From: Balanoglossus misakiensis
Lineage: Eukaryota; Animalia; Hemichordata
DNA length: 64,000 nt
Direction: 5' to 3'
Assembly: GCA_040954595.2 (NCBI GenBank)
Contig: CM082577.2
Location: forward strand, 11,875,654-11,939,653
In this document: piece after piece, positions 36,783 through 50,372 of the stretch
Numbering within the stretch: the stretch's first letter is position 1
Layout: every line of letters begins with the position of its first letter
Made by a program: the position numbers and the translations under genes
Notes under the pieces: model-generated
Told to the model about the DNA's origin: nothing
The model's database searches: none
What the model saw: the letters and a program-made list of their open reading frames with translations, nothing else

Positions 36783-37830
36783 CTGTAATGATAAAAATGA
36801 TCTATGAAGAAATAGTATCGGAGGTTCCAAAAATAGGTACAATAAACTTTCAGTTTTTGATGACGTGTTTCTTTTATGAAATTTTCTGGAAGTCATTTCA
36901 AATGTATATTAAAAGTTCCATAGACCAATCCTCTTAGAATGAATGATTCCATCTCTTTTATGAAACGCTTGATTTATGCTGTCAAAAACATTGCTCCGCT
37001 GTGGGCAATATCTTGTAAATTATTGCCACCCTATGCATGTTTTCGTGTTCGAAATTTGATCACTCAATCAATCAAAAGACATGTTTTATCGAGAGGACTC
37101 TTCAGAAAACTCTAGCAATATACAAGGGCCATTTTCTGAACTCCACGAGACTCTACGAGATCTCACATGGGCATTGACGCGAATACATTTCAACACGAAG
37201 CATTGTGACATCTGTGATCTTCGTATTCTATACAACATCTCTATCACAGCAACCAATCACAAGCTTCACAAAATGCACCTGGTGAATGACACATATCGAT
37301 TGGATAGTTGTCAGCCAGCGCAGTGAGGTCAGTGGTCAGTGAGGTGCCACGTTTCCATCATGATGATTCGGAACTCAGTCTTTGGCGTGCAAACACCATG
37401 GCTGAAAGTAGTGACGACAACAACCTATTGATTTTCCAGAGCAATTTACGACACCCAAGTGAGAGTGTAGATCAGGTCCGTGACGCTATGAGCTGGATTT
37501 TCCGAGATTTTAGTTGCCTCATTGAACATGGAATGGTACCATCGATCATGAATAGTGACTTGACGAAAATCGAAGGTGCCCTTTCTCCTGGCCTTCAGCC
37601 CCCATATCGCACACACTCTACTGTAAGTAACATTTTTCTGTCATTTTCTTGAAACTTTTAAATTTAGCGTTACTCTATTGATTAGAAATTTTCAATTGTA
37701 CGTCAGCAAGGTACTCAAGAAAGTTCTGGTATGTCGTGTAGAGTTGTAACGTTGGCCAGCAACCCGTTTCAACAGTAATTAACTAAATCTCGCGAGATTT
37801 CGTACATTTGAGACATCAACCGCCACTTAC

Positions 37831-38031
37831 CTTGAAGTTGTCGTTGAGGAACCCGTAGACAATTGGATTGATGAAACTGTTCGCCATGGCCAACCAGTGA
37901 CAGCAGAAGTAAATGGTGACGAGGAGGCTTCTTTTTATGTGAAGGTCAAACCGACCCAGGACGTTTAGAGTATTTAGTGGCAGCCAGCAGATGGCAAACA
38001 GGCAGACTATTATCGCCAGCATTTTGATGAC
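37831..38031 (-). CDS. Neuropeptide GPCR exon 3 (TM6-TM7)
   Basis: VIKML...FAICWLPL...CHWLAMANSFINPIVY. Boundaries cag|GTC and AAG|gtaagt, 201 nt. Confidence 0.93.
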
Positions 38032-38202
38032 CTGTTTCATGCAATAAATACAAACGAGTCAGAAAGACTTGTTTTGGCATTCCATGTTAACAGTATCGAG
38101 TGGCAGCTGTGCCGGTAATAATGGTATAGAGTGTTATATTACAACGATACAGTTTAATTCACATTGACGTTGCCTATTACAAAAAGGACAACAAATGCAA
38201 AC

Positions 38203-38604
38203 CTTTCGTTTCGACCGAGAATACATCTTGTCCCTGCCCAGATGCGCATTTCCTGGGAGGTGTCGTCCCCACAGACGCCGCGACACAAGGAAATATGTAA
38301 CGCCAAGTACACATAGAGGAATCACGAACGTGATGGCCATGATGAACATTTCATAAGCTATCCCTGTCCTTTTCGGCCACCATTCGTCGCAGATTATAAG
38401 ATGTTGCGTCAGAGATACCCGGTACTCCTTGGTCCGCACGTACAGCAGCTGAACCACGGCCAGGCTGACGCTTAGCAACCAGATGGCGAGGGCGGCCATC
38501 TTGGCTGAGTACTTGGACGCGCGCTTCTTAATGGGATAGTACACGGCGAAATATCTGTCCACGCCTATGGCAACCAGGGTGTAGATACTAACTATGACGG
38601 AAAC
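38203..38604 (-). CDS. Neuropeptide GPCR exon 2 (TM3-TM5, ICL3)
   Basis: VSIYTLVAIGVDRY; ICDEWW; FVIPL; PGNA...RD...SKRK. Boundaries aag|GTT and AAG|gtttgc, 402 nt. Confidence 0.93.
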
Positions 38605-40899
38605 CTTCGGGGAAAGAAATGGGAATATACGAGTAAAGTTCACATAGTACAGAATTATACGTAACTGTTAGCTGTTTAATCGCGATGCTGTAAAAAAAAT
38701 ATGGTTTTGTGAACTTCGTCAAATGAAGATGCCAGGTGCCCTCCACTGAATGAAATACTTCCCATCCGTTAATTCAGTTTTGATACATTTTATATTAATT
38801 ATTTAAATATGATGTAGAGTTAAACATTTGTCCAACCTCTGAAACGGAACCAATTTTATGTTTCAGGCAAATGATCTCCGCCAAGCAAAAGTTCAGACAC
38901 ACTGAGAAATACGAGGCGTTGAAAACTGGCGAAAGTAGGCCTAACATGCATCACACGCTTGAGTGGGTATTTTGTACAGCCAGCCTGCGGTGCGGTTCAT
39001 AAAGAAATGAGGCTAAACGCACATTAAACGTACAGCTTTAATGTTGAAAACATATTACTTTGTCGTTGTGTACGAGCAGAGCTGTCAAGCTGAAATGTAC
39101 CTAAGACCTGCGTCAATATGTAGAAGCAGACTGACGTTATTAAACCATGAACAGAACTGATAGAAGAAATGTTTAAATGCGACTGGCATCTGATGGGCTT
39201 AATGTGAAAAATAAAGCAGAATTCGTGATAAAGCACAATTCGTGCAAATATTGCACAACGAAAACCGTCTCTAGCCCAAATTGATTTTATTTGTATTTAA
39301 AATAGATCGTAAGACGGTTTACTATGGACATATGATCGATACCCACACTAGTCCAATCAAATTGAGCTAGCCTAAACGGGGCTTTTTTCACCTACAAAAG
39401 TTCACATAAGCGGATTTGTCTGGAAGGTTTTTCAATGCGATAATCCTTTACATTGAACACCGTTGGTGAGAAGATTTAAAGGATTTAAGCGTCAAATTAT
39501 CAGACATATTGACTGAGTTCACAAATAATGGACTGTTGGTCAGGGAATTGAGGGGGGGGTGTGGAAATGTGGGGCTTGTAGTGGAGTCTCGAAATTGGGT
39601 GATTTCCCGCTCGTTGCGAGATCTCGCAATAGCCAAGTAATACACGCGACCCTATCCATGCCCGTTTTACTTCAAGAGAGGACAGAAATATGCACGACGC
39701 AGATGCGCAGTGCGTATCTTGATCGATTTGTCATTCAACCACAAACATTATTGCGTACTGCAGAGTATTTCATGGCATTTTATGCAAATGAGTAAAGGTA
39801 TAAGTTCTGTCATAGTATTTGCTGTAGCCTCAGGCTGTTCTCGGTTTCGCTGATGTTGTATAATGATGTTTGAATAAACTAGAGTTGTGAACGAAATTGC
39901 CATGATTATTGAGTGGGAGGAACCCGCATTTCGGCAGCGGTGTCGTGTGACGATTCGTCTTAAATACAGCGGAAACAAACTCAGTGTAATTCAGCTAACT
40001 TATTACCACGCTAAGTAGATTGTTATGTATTGAACGCGCGCTTGGGTTGCCATGATGAGCGAATTGCCTTTAAGTTATAACAATCGAGGTTAACAGTCGT
40101 CTGGAACATCACAGATCCCGGAGCGAATGGGGACCGGGGAACTGCGGTATTTTCTTTGAATCAAAGCCTTATCTTATCCCCCGTAATCTGCCAGAAACAT
40201 GTCTTGCGTGGCTAGTAAGCTCGTTTCTCCTTGTGCGGGTAGTTCATCGCATTTGCATGGGGTTTGTCAGGAGTGAGTATGCGAATGCACCAACAGTTTC
40301 TTTTTTCAGATCATAGAATTGAGTGTAACCCGATATTTGTGTTTGTATGTTTGTCACGTCTCTCTGTGTATTAGAGCGGTGAAGGCAATGCCTCTGAAAG
40401 ATATACGTACGTGACGTGGCAGATGAAACGTACTTTGGGAGAAAATGATTCAATTTCAGAGCGCGAGTTGAGAAATGTGTTTTATTATTGCTTTTTATAA
40501 TAAAGCAATTATCGTGTGCGACTTTGGTGAACTTTTATTGTTTTATCGCTTCATAGCGTGCGTGCTTGTAATTATGATGATACTTTTCGCAGGTTATAGC
40601 TTCACCCGCGAAAGACTTGTATTTCACCCACCTTTGTACAAGTAACAATATATATATATATAAGGGGGGGGGATCAGAATTCTGCACACATCCGCGTACT
40701 GCAGAATACTGAAAATAGGATGTACATATACATAGATCTGTTCATTCTCACACTCCTGGCACGCTGGGAGTGTGAGTGTTATCCAATGGCGCAATATGTA
40801 TCATAGGGACAGAGACTACAACGTGCCCAGACGACAGTTCCAGAGTCATTTAATCAACGTTTTAAACGAATCTGGCTAATTTGTGGCTGTGTGAGAAAT

Positions 40900-41042
40900 A
40901 TAATCTCACACACCAAGGACCTGGGATCATATTTCTCGTCGGGGATATTCTGTCCCACACTCGCCTGCGGCTCGCGTTGGACAGAAAATCCTCAACTCGT
41001 GTGGGAAATAGGATCCCAGGCCCTTGGGAGTGTGAGATTCTA
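40900..41042. repeat. Imperfect palindromic element in GPCR intron 1
   Basis: aatctcacacaccaaggacctgggatc...ctcgcctgcggctcg...gatcccaggcccttgggagtgtgagatt. Confidence 0.7.
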
Positions 41043-43465
41043 TTACTTCTGGCGTCCGTAACTAGAGACAACCTCAATCTGTACCGCTCACACGTGGTAG
41101 ATCTTTCTTCATTCAATTTTATCGGCAGACGATGAAATCGGAATGCGGTTGTGAGCGATAAATACATTTCCGTCAGAATTTTTTTTTACATTTATCTTCA
41201 TCGAAAATTAGGACAAATTATCGAATTTTATTCGTAATCTCTCTCATTACCTCATTGTGTCATGATTATTGCGATCGCAGAATTCAAATCAATACCCCTA
41301 ATCCCTCAACAGGAGAAAGCTACTTCTGAAAGAGGGAATTCGAATTATCGTCATGTGCTGAAGAAGCGTGAATACGGGATGTCAAAGGTTCGGAATTTTC
41401 CATGGAGATATACGGGCAGCACAAGTATATAATGACAGAGTAAGAGGTAATATTAAAAGTGATCATAATCTTATTCCGCATTAGATTGCGTTTTCCTGTA
41501 TTTGATTCTGAGGCTGTATCAATTTGAAGAAACACTAGTGAAAAACGGTCACGCGTTCATTCTCCCTTGCATAATTTTACAATTTCGATTACGAAAGCGA
41601 ATTTCTTTCACATTCTTCCATATGTTTTTTTTTCTGACAGTTAGTTTAAATGCTGCGTGTCTTTAACTACAATGCAGACATGGTGGACACAATCGTCTTC
41701 TAACTTGGTCCAAAATCTGTACACTGTGTCTTAATACCGAAACAGGTCAGTTTGTTTTATATCCATTTAAGGAGACCGTTTGGTTTTATTTTCGCCATGT
41801 TTAAGTCGCCTTGGTGGTTAGAACAGAGATGAATGTAATTAAAACAGTTGTTAAAATGGGCGCATTTCCTTAGATACTGACGGCGAAAACCGTCCAAGGG
41901 TATTATCCTCGCTTGGACACGCTACTACGTGTAATTCAAACTTCGCGTAATCTTCAGCAATCCACCGGGGTCATTAACTTGAGCCTTTTCCAATAATTTA
42001 AAAACTGTTACTTTAGCAATCAAAACGACGTATGCACCTGTACCTCCATCACACACATGATGTTGATACAAGACCCCGTGATTTGACAGTGGATCAACTT
42101 GAATGTGTCGATATTCGAGTGCCTACTTAATACGTAAGCCTATATTCAGAGTGACAATCAAGCGCTTTGAAGTAGTGGATAGTGTATGGAGATTGTATTA
42201 CAGGTATGCACGGTCCCCTATACGCTTTTTGTGTCTAAACCTTGATTACCCAGGATAATTCCTTCTCCAATACTGAACTGTATCGCATGCTCACACTTAT
42301 AATGTTTTGTGTTTTTTTTAAAAAGAAAATTCCCTTCATCATTCTTTTTTTTTTCTGCGGACACTGGTTAATTAACAGAACATATTATTGATGTTTTGTT
42401 TCAAAATCGAAGTTAAGCATACTTTATTATGATTACAGCGAGACGCTCACAGCGCACAAGAGCGGAGTTTAAACCTCAAAATAATTGATTAAGCGCATAC
42501 AGACTGCATGTAAACATTGACACAACACGTGCCTCGAATTTCTCATTTGTTATTAATCGATTGGAATGCAAACAACTTCATGTAACTGCTGTAAACAGAT
42601 GCGGCAGTGTAATACAAGGCAATATTTCGTAGCTTTAAGATAGAGACCGACGTACGATTCGACGGATATAGAATAAAATATCATCTGAAGAAAGGGCGTA
42701 ATAAATACAAAGCAAATGTTAACAAGATAAACTTTTAGTTTAAATTATTTATGAGATTATTTATGTATAATGGTAGGGATAAAGTATGTATTGGTAAAGG
42801 TGACTTTGAAGAAAATAAGAGAGATGCGCAGGCGTCAAATGTGTTTTCAAATGTTCAATTTAGTTCATTTGCGTATTTCCGCCTGTCGACGTAAGTAACC
42901 GGGACACTGTAAGTGGGATTTATTGATCTGCCAGCGGTGCTTGCAAAAAAAGAAATTTAAACATTCATTATCTTTTGCCCTCAATTGGATACTGAGGACT
43001 TCCTCATAGTTCATCGCCCACCACCAAAAGTTCGGTAAACTCAAAATTACATACGATTTCATTACTTGTATAGCCTTATCTATGCCACAATAGTTCAAGA
43101 AAGTCGAAACACGTTTGGCTTATACTGTAGTATTCTTCCCTGCCTGCTTTGCACACGCAAGACTATTACTGTAGTCAACAATGTTAACTGTGAACGTTTT
43201 AGATTTATCCTATAAAAAGATATACGGAAAGGCGTCTGATTAATACAGGTTTTGTCCAGAAAAATAAATAAATAAACGATTCTTCACTTTCGCAGACAGT
43301 ATGTGTTATCTGACTCTTTCAACACCTCTCTAACCTACATTTGAATGTCTTTTATCGTAAATTAAAATAGACGGTGACATTTAATGAACTTCAGTGTGAT
43401 ATCCTGCGGTTGATTGCCTATAGTAACCGCACGGGAAGACCGTTTCCCATTTGGCTACTTTGAAA

Positions 43466-44040
43466 TTACCCTAGGAGATAGGTGCCGTTAATCAGAATTT
43501 TTGGTGAGGAAGGTTTGAGAAGTCCATTCTATGTAAAAAAATGGTGCTGATTCCAAAAAAGTCAGTCTTATTGACCCCACTCAAGACAAAATTGCCATTT
43601 TGGCCATTTTTAACCCCAAAAATGGTATTTTTAAGAAAACACTAAAAACACACTGTTTTCGTCACATTCTGTGATCTGATGACATATGATATGCTTATTC
43701 TATGTAAATTTGGTGAATATTACGAAAAAAGTAGTCCGATTGACCCAAAACAACACAAAATTGCCTTTTTGACCATTTTTTGCCCCAAAAACGTCATTTT
43801 TAGAAACAATTTAAAACACACGGTTTTCTTCATAATGATTGATCTGGTGATATATGGAAAGTCAATTATATGTTAAAAGTGGTGACTTTAAAAAATAAAG
43901 CAGTCTTTTTGACCTCAATCAATACAAAAATGCCATTTTTGGCCACTTTTTGAGGTCACAAAAGGTCATTTTTACAAAAAAAACTAAAAACAAATTGTGT
44001 TCTTCATATGCAGAGATCACCTAGCTCCTGGACTAAATAT
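43466..44040. mobile_element. Helentron/MITE-like element with three ~170-bp internal repeats
   Basis: Sub-terminal inverted repeat aggagataggtg / cacctagctcct. Unit 'agtc..ttgaccc..acaaaa.tgcc.tttt' at ~43563, 43733 and 43902. Confidence 0.6.
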
Positions 44041-44854
44041 TTTACGTGGAATCACGTGTTCTTGTAATTCGAAGTCGTTGGAGCCAAGATGACGTTATTC
44101 GAAATTCAAACTCAAGGCCTCGTTAAATTCAGCTCCTTATTTAGTTTTATACAAAGCTTGACTTTTTTGCCGAGCAACCCGTTGCTAAGGTAATTAACGA
44201 AGTCTTGCGAGATTAACACTGCGCATTTAACCCTGCCTCGGGCAAGAAAACCATGGTTGGTCCACAGAATAGAAATGCTAACAAGATAGCCAGAAGTTAC
44301 AGATAGTGGAGATGTGGTGATATTTACTGGTCAACAAAACAGCTGACTGTGTGCGTTCAATTATTTAGTTCGTGTTTGATTGTACTGGTCACGTTTGCAA
44401 CAACACTTCGAATACGCCAGGAGCGTGAAATGCAATTTATTGCAGATGGAAAAGACGTGTTGCTTTGAACAACGCCTTCTTTCCGTGAATCATTTCTGGA
44501 AACGAGTGTGGTTGCCGGGTTTCGCCATGATTACTTCGGAATCCGTTTATATTTTATTCTTCTGCGCAAGAATATACTAGTACGTTGCTTAGAATGATTG
44601 CTACGTGCGTCCTACGTACGTTTACATTATAAAGAGGACCAGTTTTTCAAGAGCTGTTGAAACCTTTAGATTACATGCAAGGGTTTGAAAGGTGGCACGT
44701 CTCCGCCCAGACTGTGTTCAATTCAATTGTCCGCGGAACACGTTGTTATACACCCACCGATCCGGCATGTACAATTTTGCAGAATATTTCACGAGGGCCT
44801 TACACCATTCACAATCATGTGCATCATGAACACAGAAACAGCGCGATGCACCGT

Positions 44855-45100
44855 GACAATCAAAACGAAACCTAAATGCGCTTCTCGTACCAACCTGGCT
44901 GTTTTCAGTAGTTTCATTTCGAAAAGATTGACAAACCTCTTGAAAACGTCGCCAAATGACGTCTTTCCTTACAGTATTGGATCATGACAATCAAAAAGCG
45001 ATATATGCGTTTGTCGTTCTAACCAGGCTGTTTTCTCCAGTTTCATTTTGAAAAGATTGACAAACCTCTTGAAAACGTCGCCACATCACGTCTTTCCTCG
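44855..45100. repeat. Tandem duplication, ~130 bp x2
   Basis: 'gacaatcaaaa...aaaagattgacaaacctcttgaaaacgtcgcca..acgtctttcct' occurs twice. Confidence 0.8.
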
Positions 45101-45406
45101 CAGTATGCGAGTGTGTGTGATGCATATCCTTTTAAACGTTTCTTTTATTGGCATCGCGAGTATAAACGATGCATGATTCTGTTTCTGCGTCGGGGAATTG
45201 CTTCAATTTTAATGACAATAAAATGATATGAAAAACGACAAATCTACATCGCCAACATGATATGAATTGAGAGTTTGATAATACCAATCACTTATAGCTC
45301 ATTTAAATAAGTTTGAAAGTAACATCGTGAAAATAATACAAAAGTTGCAGCTATTGGCGCTTTAATTAGTCAGAATGATAGCTTGCCGCGGCCATTTCAC
45401 ACCTAC

Positions 45407-45769
45407 CTGCTGCATGAAGCCGACCACTTTGCACAGGCCTCGACCGAATATCCAGTGGCCAAGCATGGCTTGCACGAACGAGAAAGGTATGCCAAAGGTG
45501 GCCATGGTTACGTCGGACACAGCGAGGTTGATCAAGTACGCGTTGAGGTCCGTGCGCGATCTTCCACTGCAGGTCAGCACGAATATCACAGTTGCATTGC
45601 CGGTGATCGCCAACAAGGCGGTTATACTGTAAATCATAATCAAAGCAACCTGGCCTTCCTGTCGTACCCCAGTCGGTTTTTCATACACTCCATACTCTAA
45701 CGTGTCCGTGTAAATGTAGGAATAATTTCCAAAAAAGGTTGAATTGTCACTAAAATCTTCTCCCTCCAT
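45407..45769 (-). CDS. Neuropeptide GPCR exon 1 (N-terminus, TM1-TM2). Rhodopsin family, tachykinin/NPY-receptor supergroup (leucokinin/luqin-RYamide-like), 396 aa spliced
   Basis: N-glycosylation sequons NST and NYS; TGNATV; YLINLAVSD; WIFGRGLC. CAG|gtaggt donor, 363 nt. All three introns are phase 0. Confidence 0.93.
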
Positions 45770-47159
45770 TGTAGATGTCGATAGCTTAGCAATTACTTAA
45801 ATCACAGCGAAACACCTTCAAGGATATTTCGTTGTCCTAGGCAAAGGAGGGACCATGTTCCAGGTTACATCGTAATGCGCGTAATGTTACAAAACTCAAA
45901 ATAAGCATAGCGCTCACAACCTTCTTTGTTGTATGTACCGATGCGTACTAGGACACAGACAGCATGCATCTGAAAGACGCCTTTAGCTGATGACGTAGTG
46001 TTAAACTTTGCATAATATGCACGGTACCGGGCGCTCATTATTTACGTTTCTTTTTTCCGAATTCATATGGAGGCAAATTTTTGTTGTATCATATAAGAAA
46101 AAGTTGTCTCATTTTTTATACTGAACGTTATATATTGAACTTATCAATTTGATTTTATGAGGTTCATACCTCGCATACCGCTGGATTCCAATTAACAGAT
46201 GACCGACGGCCTAACAAGAAATGTGCTATTTAAAATATCGAATAAATCTTAATCTTGCCACATGCAAAAAAATGAAAGTTCACGAGCACATTCAATATTT
46301 TATTCACCAAACTGCATGGAAGATATTTCGCTGCGGAAATCGCCCGGTGGTATAACATATAGGATGAAAGCAGTTCATTTGACTTTTCAAAGATTGAAGC
46401 GTCGAACTCAACCTATGTTTTACGCATGACTTCAAGCCTTATAATGACAGGTGGCTTTTCGTTTTCGCCTCGACTGGGAAAAGCATGCAAAGTGTTTCCT
46501 TTTTACCGTGTTGGTAAAAAAAATATTAAATGGTCAGTACATTCCTTCTGCGCAGCTCGAACCGTTTTCATCGCAAAAGCTGGCGATTAAATATCCCATT
46601 GTCGCGATCTATTTCAAAGTTGGCAATTAACTGCTTGCTCAAATAATTGGTTCTCAAGTAGTGTCGATTCTCGCGGGAATTCAACACTGTGCCAACTCAA
46701 TCGATAAATGACCCACGCTGATTGCCCTGAAGAGGAACTTGAAGTTGTAAACTTTCCATTTGTCACGTTAATGATAAACTAAATTGACATTTATGGCGAT
46801 CTGGCCTTAGACTCTAGCACGGTAATATTGCACTTTTGCGATCGCATGCAAATCACATTTTAATATCTGCTAGTAGGTCACGTGACGACGTTGTTGACGC
46901 GAGAAGAAGTGACCAGAGCAAAAGGTGTGAAGGAAAGATTATACCTAACAGCTCCGTATCTTGGTTTTATCCGCGAATAACTGTTTTGGTGTCATTTATC
47001 TCGGAATTAGTCAACTCGCATGGTGAAAACGTGACGTGTGTGTAATTGTGGAGTATAACATTCAGGTGGCCTACCGTCTGTAGTTCGAGGTCACGTCGAG
47101 TTGCGACACGAAAGCTGTAGAGCAGAAACATAGCATAATTCAGTATCTGATGACGTATT

Positions 47160-47375
47160 ATCCGCATAGACTGTTGACAGTCCCTCGCGACTTTTTTGAG
47201 GGCCAAAGGCCCGATACGCGAAACGGTGAAGGCGTTTCGTGCGAGGGCCGTATGGCGCGAGGGACCGTCACTCCTCGGGCCTTACGGCCCTCGCACGAAA
47301 CGTCGAATCGGGCCTTCGGCCCTCAAAATAGATACACATTAGGCGCGAGGGACTGTCGACAGTCTATATCCGCAC
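47160..47375. repeat. GC-rich nested palindromic element
   Basis: atagactgttgacagtccctcgcg...gagggccaaaggcccgat...cgtttcgtgcgagggccgta mirrored by tacggccctcgcacgaaacg...atcgggccttcggccctc...cgcgagggactgtcgacagtctat. Confidence 0.8.
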
Positions 47376-48382
47376 ACAAGGGCTTTGAACAGATGTCGAT
47401 CTGGACTCCAAGCTCAGAGACAGGTGGTCTCCGAGTTCAGCTCTCCATTTCAAAGTGCACTGCACTATTTCATAGAAGTACATTGGAGTATGCGGGGTAT
47501 TCCGCCTAATGTAGAATGAATATTAGGCAGTCAACAATTTCAACATTCATAAGTTTAATATCATACTTGCCAGTGTTTAATCAAGCGTCGGCAAGTGGTA
47601 TCTTGTTGGTGATTTTACTCGGCTTCCTTCCGTCGGGCATCGATTGACTTCGTGGTGCTAGGAATGCGTGAACGTCTACGGCAATGACGGGATCGAAGAA
47701 ATCAAACGCAATTACAGAAAAACAACCCGCAGCTCCGTTTGTCATTGCGCGGTGTCCTTGGAGCGCCGAACGAGAAGCCGTATCCTTGGTTTCTTGCGAG
47801 GAAACGTTCGGAGAATTGAGAACGAATTTGGACGAGAGTGCAAATCCACTCAGTTGCTCACTGATTAGAAAACAACAGGTTGACTGGACACCAAATTTAC
47901 AAAGCTATTCTAGAATGTAAGATATAATCTTGTCGTCAAAATTCTTTCTCAATTCTCAGTCAAACCGATGAGATAACTGATAATGATTGCGCAGTATTCC
48001 AAGTGCTACCAATCAGTCGGATTGACGTAGTTGCATCGTCATTGAAAATCAAACGCAGTTGGCGAAAATTGATTTCCCGTTACTACACAGTTGAACAACG
48101 GGTCCCCGGAAAGCAAATACTAAGTATGTGACTCTAAGCCGTCATTTGACTAGTGCAGCAACACGCACCCATTGAATATCATATTTAACTTTAATATTGT
48201 GATAATGAAGCCAAGCTTAGGGTCGGTTCCGCGGACACGTCTTGCAACAGGATCGCAGACTACCTATATGTAATTAGGCAGAGAGCCACGCAAAGCACAT
48301 GTACAATGTCGCCAAGTTTCCGTTCGAGACAAAATCTCTCAGAGAATAAATGCAAAAAAAACCTTTAAATTGCGGATTTTAA

Positions 48383-48558
48383 AGGTATACGGTAACCTAT
48401 GCAAATTTAGCTACAGTTGCCATGGCGAAATGAGGTCTAGCCAATCACAGATTTCCACACGCGAAAAAAGAGCGCCACCATGTGTCCTTTAGAACATTCA
48501 AATACGCCATTTCAGCCATTATGTGGGCGTATTTGATTTGGGGGTGATGGTGTACCTT
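48383..48558. mobile_element. Short Kolobok-like MITE
   Basis: ttaa|AGGTATACGGTAACC ... GGTGATGGTGTACCT|tta imperfect TIRs. Confidence 0.5.
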
Positions 48559-50094
48559 TACCTCTTTAAGTAAGATTCAGTAATCAGCTTGTGGCATTTT
48601 AATCATGACTGGGCATTCAGTCGTAAACGGAGATGATTATTGGCGAGCGTGTATGTGTCTTCGGAGAATTAAATGGTGTGTACAGTGTCTAGAACATTCG
48701 CAGATGGTGGTTTGATCGTCACAACAAAGACGTGGTTGACATCACAAGAAAGCGTCGTGTTATATCCTCTGCAGTCTATGACGATTGACGATTATAATTC
48801 TGGTTAAAATACTGCGGTGAAAAGAACACCAGGTGGTCCTCACCATCTGGTAATTATTTTCAGTCTCTTGTTCTTGCTCGCAAATAAATGGTTGCAGTTC
48901 GTTGCACGTCAAGTTGGTCTGTCTTTATTGCCGCTGGTTCCATGTTTTTGGAGCATTGAAATTAGAACAGCCAGTATCGCTCGTCAAAGATGTCTTGCCG
49001 CTCGGACAGATAGTACAGAACATCGCATTTCTCAGGTTAACATATTTTATCCAGGGCACTCTACCAGTAAGCCAAGACTTGCCCAATTTTCTTACAACGT
49101 AAATCTTTTTGGGAACATTGCCGCCATCGCCGGTATTGGGTTTTCTGGATGTGCCACTGTCTACAGTTGTCCCACTATCGTCGCCGTTGCCAACCGCAAT
49201 ATCTGTCCCTTCGCCATGTCCTGATACTCCAGACTTTGGAACCAGTCGGAAATCAGTGGTTCAAAATGCTCATCTTGCCAATCTTTCAATGAATCGGATT
49301 TATATTTGCCAAAGTACCAGAACGATCGCCGTGAACGATCGCTGCGTTGCAATGATCAGTGCCAACTATTTGCGGTACATTTATCGTTCTCTTGTGCCAG
49401 CCGGTCAGAGAATAATCAGTGATTTTTGTCGTGTGACTTTGCAAGAGGATGAACGATGTAGGTTCCAGGCACTGCAGGGTGATTTCCACGTTCACGCCAA
49501 GTTTCAAATAACAGTCGGCCTCGTACATTTGTTCAGCCCCTGTCAGTCAGGTCACGCTGCTCTGCCCTCCAGCGTCCTGTTTCGCTGTCGCCCCTGGCAA
49601 CCAAACCTCGGCCGCCAATCACATGTAACCCAAAATGCAGTTCCACTACAGTAAACAATTGTCGGTTGGACTAGATATTCTGTTTGGAAATTTGATTGAA
49701 AAATAACATTGTTTTGAAAGGCACTGCATATTTTGGGGTTTCGCTTTTCGTTCATTACGCCAAGTTTCAAATAATGAAATGAACCAATTTATTTTTTCTT
49801 CGCGTTGTACGGTATATTACTTTCAAATATTTTTTGTAATTCTCCCTCGCAGACTAATTCCCCAACCCGTAAACTATCACTCTCGGCCTGTTTGCTAGAA
49901 TTAGTCTTTGTGGAAGATTTTCCGACATTCTGATCGCTAAGAATTTCCTGGACACTACTAATACTACTTCCTTCGCCCGCATAATTTTGCAAAGTATCAA
50001 TTTCCTGCAGGAAACCCTCGGGAGACAACCCCGGCAACTCGCCAGAAGAGTCACTATCAGACTGTTTTCCTGAATGAATTTTGGGTTATGAATG

Positions 50095-50372
50095 CATCGT
50101 CGCATCAATTGGCCTCTAGCCACTGTTTCCCGCTGGTACTGAGGCGTAAACACGTTCTGCAGAGATTAAAACATCAGACGGAATTACTAATCGCTCGATA
50201 AGTAAACTCTACCCGTTGGAAGTAGTTTTTCTGAATACATCGTCGCATCAATTGGCCTCTAGCCACTGTTTCCCGCTGGTACTGAGGCGTAAACACGTTC
50301 TGCAGAGATTAACATCAGACGGAATTACTTATCGCCCGATAAGTAAACTCTACCCGTTGGAAGTAGTTTTTC
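50095..50372. repeat. Tandem duplication, ~144 bp x2
   Basis: 'catcgtcgcatcaattggcctctagcc...ccgttggaagtagttttt' occurs twice and is nearly identical. Confidence 0.9.
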
